A stretch of 64,000 bases of DNA from Podarcis liolepis. Taxonomy: Eukaryota. A program made the position numbers and the translations under genes. Where the stretch lies: the NCBI GenBank assembly GCA_965112155.1, contig OZ218098.1. One strand, given 5' to 3'. The notes beneath the pieces are model-generated. The model had not been told where the DNA came from. It saw only the letters and a list, made by a program, of their open reading frames with translations, and ran no database searches. Position 1 is the first letter of the stretch. Each line of letters opens with the position of its first letter. Of the stretch, positions 61,601-64,000 are shown in pieces.

Positions 61601-63206
61601 GGGACAGAAGGCGGGCAGGTGTGGAGGATTCCCTGGTCCTGAATGGGGTAACTGTGCCCCTGAAGGACCAGGTGCGCAGCCTGGGAGTCATTTTGGACTC
61701 ACAGCTGTCCATGGAGGCACAGGTCAAATCTGTGTCCAGGGCAGCTGTTTACCAGCTCCATCTGGTACGTAGGCTGAGACCCTATCTGCCTGCGGACTGT
61801 CTCGCCAGAGTGGTGCATGCTCTGGTTATCTCCCGCTTGGACTACTGCAATGCACTCTACGTGGGGCTACCTTTGAAGGTGACTCGGAAACTACAACTAA
61901 TCCAGAATGCGGCAGCTAGACTGGTGACTGGGAGCGGCCGCCGAGACCATATAACACCGGTCCTGAAAGACCTGCATTGGCTCCCAGTACGTTTCCGAGC
62001 ACAATTCAAAGTGTTGGTGCTGACCTTTAAAGCCCTAAACGGCCTCGGTCCAGTATACCTGAAGGAGCGTCTCCACCCCCATCATTCTGCCCGGACGCTG
62101 AGGTCCAGCGCCGAGGGCCTTCTGGCGGTTCCCTCATTGCGAGAAGCAAAGCTACAGGGAACCAGGCAGAGGGCCTTCTCGGTAGTGGCGCCCGCCCTGT
62201 GGAACACCCTTCCAGCAGATGTCAAGGCGATAAACAACTACCTGACATTCAGGAGACATCTTAAGGCAGCCCTGTTCAGGGAAGTTTTTAACGTGTGATA
62301 TTTTATTGTATTTTTGGTTTTTATGGAAGCCGCCCAGAGTGGCTGGGGAGGCCCAGCCAGATGGGCGGGGTATAAATAATAAATTATTATTATTATTATT
62401 ATTATAAGTCTACTCATCCCAGGATAAATGAGGGGCAAGTCAGGACCACACTGGTTTTACCAGGATGCCTACCCCCTTTTCAGATTATTTTAGTCCTTTA
62501 TACTTTGAATGTATAAATGAGAGAACCTGAAATGAGGGTTCAGATGAGTTAAGGATTTATTTAATAGTAAAGAGACATAGAAAAGTGTGTTTCAGAGAAC
62601 CTGTAGTGGCCCACAGGGAAGGATAGCACTGTGGACCTGGCCTCCTGACACTACCACATATCAGGGGGACGAGAAGGGTGTTGTGGGTGCCCTGGCAAAG
62701 CTAACCCAGTACTCTCACTGGTGCTCACTGCAGCACCACCCTTCCCACCAACCACTTCTGCAAATAACATTCCTCTCCCCCCCCCCGCCCACTTCATCTT
62801 GTTAGCAATGGATCTCCTGGCATGGAAGAGCTTAGATACTAACTTCTTCCTACAGCTTGTGAATTATTTCCTGTGTGCATTGCAAAGTGCTACTTTATTT
62901 TTCTATATTGCAAATAGCTATGCTTCTATTCCCATAGCATGAGTTGGAATTGCAACGTTGGCAGAGCACTAGAAGAATAAAGGATTTGCAACAGATTCTA
63001 GAACACTTGGAGAAACAGGAAAGATACCTTAATTGTCATAAAAATCAAGATGAACTTCCTCCATGTCCTTCAAAAAATAATTACAGCCACTTTACAACAG
63101 ATACAGTAATGCTCCATGTGGAGCAGCAGAAATTAGAAAACATCAGAGAACAGTTGCTCATTGCTGCAGGTTATCTTTCTGAGTTCATATATAAAACTAC
63201 AGAGCG
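1940..63206 (+). CDS. PCNT: Pericentrin, partial gene: 28 internal coding exons; both ends outside the window
   Basis: The spliced translation is a long coiled coil with pericentrin motifs: [79 protein letters not shown]. All 27 introns are GT-AG with matching phases, 7505 nt in total. Confidence 0.97.
2170..2536 (-). mobile_element. Sauria SINE, full length
   Basis: tRNA-related head at the 2536 end, (ACCTTT)n tail; 13-bp TSD tttatgctattaa at 2157-2169 and 2537-2549. Confidence 0.9.
3461..3725 (+). CDS. PCNT: PCNT exon 2 ([12 protein letters not shown]...HVEFG)
   Basis: caccag acceptor, GG|gtaatg donor, phase 1 to 2. Confidence 0.93.
3791..4042. mobile_element. Tc1/mariner (Tigger-like) MITE
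   Basis: TA-flanked cagtggtaccttggttt...aaaccaaggtactgttg TIRs; same family as 46859-47107. Confidence 0.8.
5322..5361. repeat. (GA)n microsatellite
   Basis: Direct reading. Confidence 0.97.
5618..5975 (-). mobile_element. CR1 LINE 3' fragment, degraded
   Basis: tagaat...gatctagtccaac...ctgttccac...ggctatcat pattern of CR1 3' ends; similar to 53757-54100. Confidence 0.65.
6152..6239 (+). CDS. PCNT: PCNT exon 3 ([29 protein letters not shown])
   Basis: ataacag acceptor, AAG|gtaaat donor, phase 2 to 0; bridges the phases of exons 2 and 4; not in ORF track. Confidence 0.88.
6419..6624. mobile_element. hAT MITE
   Basis: Perfect 16-bp TIR cagagctttccaaact; 8-bp TSD gtctagag at 6411-6418 and 6625-6632. 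Confidence 0.9.
6940..8243 (-). mobile_element. CR1 LINE ORF2 fragment (endonuclease/RT), decayed
   Basis: Minus-strand peptides [33 protein letters not shown] and [20 protein letters not shown]. Confidence 0.92.
8592..8861 (-). mobile_element. RTE-BovB LINE 3' end
   Basis: [43 protein letters not shown]...[11 protein letters not shown] followed by a CAA-rich tail. Confidence 0.92.
8862..9115 (+). mobile_element. Non-LTR element 5' fragment, possibly Vingi/Ingi-like
   Basis: Resembles the squamate repeat tgcattagcagcacc...ggaaagcagagcaa...tttggcaccagcttggctgcagg; family from memory only. Confidence 0.35.
9211..9427 (+). CDS. PCNT: PCNT exon 4 ([10 protein letters not shown]...EEHLR)
   Basis: cttcag acceptor, G|gtaagc donor, phase 0 to 1. 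Confidence 0.92.
9605..9895 (-). mobile_element. Older L2 RT fragment (resumes at 10074-10127 and 10793-10860)
   Basis: [14 protein letters not shown] and [18 protein letters not shown] on the minus strand. Confidence 0.8.
9897..10075 (+). mobile_element. Young L2 3' end
   Basis: Matches 62218-62400 ([14 protein letters not shown], 3' stem-loop, ATT tail). Confidence 0.85.
10145..10775 (+). mobile_element. L1 LINE 3' end, 5'-truncated
   Basis: ORF2 C-terminus [31 protein letters not shown]-rich tail, 17-bp TSD aaaatagagacctgtgc at 10128-10144 and 10776-10792. Confidence 0.88.
11026..11249 (+). CDS. PCNT: PCNT exon 5 (EIAKLGLQ...KEELEQ)
   Basis: tttcag acceptor, CAG|gtaaaa donor, phase 1 to 0. 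Confidence 0.92.
11604..11836. mobile_element. Tc1/mariner (Tigger-like) MITE
   Basis: TA|cagtggtacctc...gaggtaccactg|TA. Confidence 0.85.
11992..12050. repeat. (AAT)n microsatellite
   Basis: Direct reading. Confidence 0.96.
12858..13013. mobile_element. Short hAT-like MITE
   Basis: tggagatg...catctcta termini, duplicated gtactgga flanks; related copy at about 21992-22120. Confidence 0.6.
13268..13734 (+). CDS. PCNT: PCNT exon 6 (IKRKLIEDH...KDAQSR)
   Basis: tcacag acceptor, AG|gtttgt donor, phase 0 to 2. Confidence 0.92.
14505..15428 (+). mobile_element. L2 LINE, 5'-truncated, open ORF2 C-terminus
   Basis: VKSLGVILD...[15 protein letters not shown]...LHWLPV...WNAL; 3' stem-loop; (ATT)n tail. 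Confidence 0.93.
15581..16296 (+). mobile_element. L2 LINE 3' part with (TTG)n tail
   Basis: [16 protein letters not shown]...[11 protein letters not shown]; same subfamily as 61381-62405. Confidence 0.92.
16339..16909 (+). CDS. PCNT: PCNT exon 7 (LVEEHEAI...LEAAHN)
   Basis: atctag acceptor, AAC|gtgagt donor, phase 2 to 0. Confidence 0.92.
17063..17315. mobile_element. Tc1/mariner (Tigger-like) MITE
   Basis: TA|cagtggaacctc...gaggtacggctg|TA. Confidence 0.78.
17873..18287. mobile_element. Tc1/mariner (Tc2/pogo-like) MITE with internal palindrome
   Basis: TA|ccatatttttcactctataagatgcac...gtgcgtcttatagagcgaaaaatacgg|TA. Confidence 0.85.
18389..18580 (+). CDS. PCNT: PCNT exon 8 (EDLAVVLG...RLQKE)
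   Basis: gtatag acceptor, GAG|gtaaag donor, phase 0 to 0. Confidence 0.88.
19459..20348. mobile_element. Tigger-like non-autonomous DNA transposon with internal minisatellite
   Basis: TA|cagtggtgcctcgcaagacgaa...ttcgtcttgcggggtaccactg|TA; CpG-rich. Confidence 0.9.
19813..20160. repeat. 60-bp GC-rich minisatellite: about 4 direct units followed by about 2 inverted units
   Basis: The 60-nt lines starting at 19861, 19921 and 19981 are near-identical; 20050-20160 is the reverse complement of the unit. Confidence 0.95.
20717..20859 (+). CDS. PCNT: PCNT exon 9 (MEEKVKFLE...CTNER)
   Basis: ctacag acceptor, AG|gttagt donor, phase 0 to 2. Confidence 0.9.
22205..22392 (-). mobile_element. CORE/MIR-like (Squam3-type) SINE, degraded
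   Basis: cacaacaagcctgtgaggttaggct...ctggcccaag...cagtgaacttcatg...ggggatttg. Confidence 0.65.
22464..22513. repeat. (GA)n microsatellite
   Basis: Direct reading. Confidence 0.97.
23304..23527 (+). CDS. PCNT: PCNT exon 10 (KKLQESYQ...KIGLCLDE...EKSSR)
   Basis: ttctag acceptor, G|gtaatt donor, phase 2 to 1. Confidence 0.9.
24735..24977. mobile_element. Tigger-like MITE
   Basis: TA|cagtcgtaccttg...caaggtacgactg|TA; same family, opposite orientation, at 50239-50479. Confidence 0.85.
25277..25458 (+). CDS. PCNT: PCNT exon 11 ([24 protein letters not shown]...AESTKQ)
   Basis: tgccag acceptor (first AG after a long AG-free tract), CAG|gtaaac donor, phase 1 to 0; not in ORF track; 5' boundary less certain. 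Confidence 0.85.
26322..26484 (+). CDS. PCNT: PCNT exon 12 (LEETQKTN...ELHKAR)
   Basis: ttgaag acceptor, G|gtatgg donor, phase 0 to 1. Confidence 0.9.
27290..27638 (-). mobile_element. L2 RT fragment
   Basis: [15 protein letters not shown]...DPFQLGFR...GTEIALV...[12 protein letters not shown]. Confidence 0.88.
27640..28199 (+). mobile_element. Possible LTR fragment (Gypsy-like)
   Basis: Purine-rich body ending ...gtcatgaca, an LTR-type CA end; 5' end not resolved. Confidence 0.35.
28813..29025 (+). CDS. PCNT: PCNT exon 13 (GLIEGYLTE...GERED)
   Basis: tttcag acceptor, G|gtaagg donor, phase 1 to 1. Confidence 0.93.
29300..30370 (-). mobile_element. Old L2 LINE fragment
   Basis: Decayed [23 protein letters not shown] and QYA motifs on the minus strand. 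Confidence 0.7.
30417..30514 (-). mobile_element. RTE-BovB extreme 3' end
   Basis: Nearly identical to 8600-8705; flanked by a catgggcagg(g/a)ct duplication. Confidence 0.85.
30528..31077 (+). mobile_element. L1 LINE 3' end
   Basis: [10 protein letters not shown]...[19 protein letters not shown] and poly(A); 17-bp TSD aactcatgggcaggact at 30511-30527 and 31078-31094. Confidence 0.88.
31216..31445 (+). CDS. PCNT: PCNT exon 14 (VLLKEIEH...NQRDFMD)
   Basis: tattag acceptor, GAT|gtaaga donor, phase 1 to 0. Confidence 0.93.
31577..31696 (+). CDS. PCNT: PCNT exon 15 ([17 protein letters not shown]...RVYE)
   Basis: tgacag acceptor, GAG|gtaggt donor, phase 0 to 0; not in ORF track. Confidence 0.92.
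32430..33090 (-). mobile_element. L2 LINE 3' part, older subfamily
   Basis: [26 protein letters not shown]...[13 protein letters not shown]. Confidence 0.85.
33203..33430 (+). CDS. PCNT: PCNT exon 16 ([11 protein letters not shown]...AELKQ)
   Basis: ttatag acceptor, CAA|gtaaat donor, phase 0 to 0. Confidence 0.92.
35310..35477 (+). CDS. PCNT: PCNT exon 17 (DKEALQQQQ...LSKNRN)
   Basis: ttacag acceptor, AAT|gtaagt donor, phase 0 to 0. Confidence 0.92.
35710..36201 (-). mobile_element. Solo LTR (Gypsy-type), 492 bp
   Basis: TGTCAGG...CCTGACA inverted termini; 5-bp TSD atagc at 35705-35709 and 36202-36206; AATAAA on the minus strand near 35790. Confidence 0.85.
36540..37230 (+). mobile_element. 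DIRS-like (tyrosine-recombinase) retrotransposon relic, gag end plus RT start
   Basis: [14 protein letters not shown] at about 36706, IEAVELVP, and [23 protein letters not shown] at 37151-37219. Confidence 0.7.
37619..38626 (+). CDS. PCNT: PCNT exon 18, large exon ([12 protein letters not shown]...YRDEM)
   Basis: tcacag acceptor, ATG|gtatgt donor, phase 0 to 0, 1008 nt; 3' end chosen for phase compatibility with exon 19. Confidence 0.85.
39050..39631 (-). mobile_element. Young L2 3' end with (AAT)n tail
   Basis: [20 protein letters not shown]...[16 protein letters not shown], uninterrupted. Confidence 0.94.
40335..40859 (+). CDS. PCNT: PCNT exon 19 (EKYITVTN...[10 protein letters not shown]...QENIS)
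   Basis: ttgcag acceptor, TCA|gtaagt donor, phase 0 to 0. Confidence 0.88.
41362..43480 (-). mobile_element. RTE-clade LINE (non-BovB), decayed ORF2
   Basis: [10 protein letters not shown]...[45 protein letters not shown]; interrupted by an L2 tail at 43022-43128. Confidence 0.9.
43622..43683. repeat. Compound (GC)n(CT)n(CA)n microsatellite
   Basis: Direct reading. Confidence 0.95.
44345..44480. mobile_element. 136-bp palindromic hAT MITE
   Basis: caggcatccccaaact...agtttggggatgcctg; 8-bp TSD ctctaagg/ctctaagt. Confidence 0.88.
46048..46150 (+). CDS. PCNT: PCNT exon 20 ([34 protein letters not shown])
   Basis: aaatag acceptor, A|gtgagt donor, phase 0 to 1 as the flanking exons require; not in ORF track. 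Confidence 0.82.
46528..46769 (+). mobile_element. Sauria SINE, 5'-truncated
   Basis: cctgccaacctagcagttcgaaagc...cctttacctttac tail. Confidence 0.85.
46859..47107. mobile_element. Tigger-like MITE, inverted relative to 3791-4042
   Basis: cagtggtaccttggtt...aaccaaggtaccact. Confidence 0.82.
47232..47445. mobile_element. Penelope-like element pLTR remnant forming a perfect inverted repeat
   Basis: 82-bp arms at 47235-47316 and 47327-47408, 10-nt loop; terminal gcagaccaacacggctacc; 12-bp TSD cctttggatcta at 47220-47231 and 47446-47457. Confidence 0.85.
47287..47324 (-). ncRNA. Minimal hammerhead ribozyme motif (Penelope type)
   Basis: Minus strand reads GUAU-CUGAAGA-A-GUGUGCAUGCACAC-GAAA-GCUU-AUAC: conserved core, stem I GUAU/AUAC, stem II hairpin, loopless palindromic stem III. 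Confidence 0.75.
47823..47983 (+). CDS. PCNT: PCNT exon 21 (TSSDLVLQ...SQQLK)
   Basis: tttcag acceptor, AAG|gtaatg donor, phase 1 to 0. Confidence 0.88.
49567..49894. mobile_element. Tigger-like MITE with the same terminal family as 19459-20348, inverted
   Basis: gtggtgccccgcaagacgaa...ttcgtcttgcgaggcaccac; different internal core. Confidence 0.82.
49984..50178 (+). CDS. PCNT: PCNT exon 22 ([18 protein letters not shown]...DKEDK)
   Basis: tctcag acceptor, AAG|gtatac donor, phase 0 to 0. Confidence 0.92.
50239..50479. mobile_element. Tigger-like MITE
   Basis: cagtcataccttgg...ggggtacgactg; homologous to 24735-24977. Confidence 0.8.
51400..51756 (+). mobile_element. Sauria SINE, full length
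   Basis: gggacgctggtggcgctgtgg A-box, ggttcgaatcc B-box, ACCTTT tail; 12-bp TSD tatacatagaaa at 51388-51399 and 51757-51768. Confidence 0.92.
52029..52202 (+). CDS. PCNT: PCNT exon 23 ([18 protein letters not shown]...IVEQQ)
   Basis: ttgtag acceptor, CAA|gtatga donor, phase 0 to 0; not in ORF track. Confidence 0.93.
52244..52367 (+). mobile_element. Young L2 3' UTR and tail only
   Basis: Near-identical to 62285-62405. Confidence 0.88.
52402..53275 (-). mobile_element. L2 LINE fragments (younger 52402-53035; older piece to about 53275)
   Basis: [21 protein letters not shown]...[12 protein letters not shown]. Confidence 0.85.
53436..53631 (+). CDS. PCNT: PCNT exon 24 ([10 protein letters not shown]...HQLRRQ)
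   Basis: tttcag acceptor, G|gtagta donor, phase 0 to 1. Confidence 0.93.
53757..54100 (-). mobile_element. CR1 LINE 3' fragment
   Basis: tagaattgt...ggaaaggacc...tagtccaa...agaaagttcttcct...ccattggttc...gaagatggctatcat. Confidence 0.8.
54110..56035 (-). mobile_element. L2 LINE with internal deletion (3' part 54110-54847; endonuclease-region part 54860-56035)
   Basis: [16 protein letters not shown]...HVAGHTL...LSWSNHFL (APE end), [27 protein letters not shown]. Confidence 0.82.
57223..57445 (+). CDS. PCNT: PCNT exon 25 ([12 protein letters not shown]...IVKY)
   Basis: tctcag acceptor, AG|gtaagg donor, phase 1 to 2. Confidence 0.94.
57661..58010 (+). mobile_element. Sauria SINE
   Basis: ctgtggtctaaaccactgagcc...gttcgaatcccc...ctttacctttacc. 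Confidence 0.87.
58772..58922 (+). CDS. PCNT: PCNT exon 26 (SALENKEK...SKAIE)
   Basis: ttgcag acceptor, GAG|gtaaat donor, phase 2 to 0. Confidence 0.93.
60448..61140 (+). CDS. PCNT: PCNT exon 27 (ELQAALELQ...AGESL)
   Basis: gtacag acceptor, CTG|gtaaga donor, phase 0 to 0. Confidence 0.93.
61381..62405 (+). mobile_element. Young L2 LINE, 5'-truncated, uninterrupted RT C-terminal ORF
   Basis: [30 protein letters not shown]...[16 protein letters not shown], 3' stem-loop, (ATT)n tail. Confidence 0.95.
62938..63206 (+). CDS. PCNT: PCNT exon 28 (HELELQRWQ...KTTER)
   Basis: ccatag acceptor, CG|gtgagt donor, phase 0 to 2. Confidence 0.9.
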
Positions 63207-63465
63207 GTGAGTATTTTACAAGGATCTTAATTGAAACCAATTTTGTATTTCTCGTGGTTGAAATACCTATCAAAACTGAGGGACCACCACAGCTATGAGT
63301 CCTGGTTTCCGTAATTTGTTACTAATGTCTTATCCAGTCCTAGTAATTGGACATTTTCTCTGCACCAACTAGAAACATGAGTTTCCTTGGATAAAATCCT
63401 AAAACTATTACATGTCAACAAGATTCTTGACCCTAAGACCCAATTCAGATGTAATGCATCTAAAA

Positions 63466-63601
63466 CAGGCTTCCTCAACCTCGGCCCCCCAGATGTTTTG
63501 AGACTACAATTCCCATCATCCCTGACCACTGGTCCTGCTAGCTAGGGATCATGGGAGTTGTAGGCCAAAAACATCTGGAGGGCCGAGGTTGAGGAAGCCT
63601 G
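63466..63601. mobile_element. 136-bp palindromic hAT MITE, same family as 44345-44480
   Basis: caggcttcctcaacct...aggttgaggaagcctg. Confidence 0.85.
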
Positions 63602-64000
63602 ACCTGAACTATTATTACATTTAAAAAATTACATTTTTCTGCTTTACCTTCGGTAAGGAATATGAATACACTCACACACACATACATATACACGTGCTCG
63701 TACCTGCACACGATGCAAAGCAGCTCAAAGTTTGCACCAGCTGGTGCTGATGTAACACTAAACAATGGTCTGAACCAGGCCTGAATGTGGCAGTTCATAA
63801 CACTTTCAGGCCCCAGCTTACCATATATGCTCAGTCGACATGAACGTGGAAGGTAAGGTGTGCCTAAAAAAAGTGATGCCTTCATTACTTTCATAAAAAC
63901 ACATTAGTACTTTTTTACTGGTGACTGTTATTCCTTATACAGTTGGTGAATTGCTTCTGTTTTATATGCTGTCTTAATGTCAAATGGTTCAGGCTTCATA

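Noticed and set aside
61315-62298. 327-aa reverse-transcriptase ORF as a domesticated gene
   Set aside because: It is a 5'-truncated L2 copy lacking the RT N-terminus, nearly identical to other copies; the open frame reflects young age

Overview
Eukaryotic genomic DNA from a squamate reptile. The Sauria SINEs, young L2 LINEs, BovB and Penelope fragments fit a lacertid lizard (inference). The whole window lies inside one + strand gene, pericentrin (PCNT). I traced 28 consecutive GT-AG internal coding exons from 1940 to 63206. Their splice phases all match, giving 7505 coding nt (about 2500 aa of coiled-coil protein). The start codon and the C-terminal PACT domain lie outside the window. Six exons are absent from the ORF track. 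The introns are dense with transposons: L2, CR1, L1, RTE/BovB, Sauria and CORE-type SINEs, Tc1/mariner and hAT MITEs, a solo LTR, a DIRS-like relic and a Penelope-type palindrome. I found no convincing new protein system. The best leads are: (1) a TSD-flanked Penelope-derived 82-bp perfect inverted repeat carrying a minimal hammerhead ribozyme (47232-47445); (2) a young MITE incubating a palindromic 60-bp minisatellite (19459-20348); (3) apparent lineage-specific PCNT exon remodelling, namely a shifted acceptor at 25277 and no counterpart of one human exon in 35478-37618. Comparisons with human PCNT are from memory and need checking by alignment.
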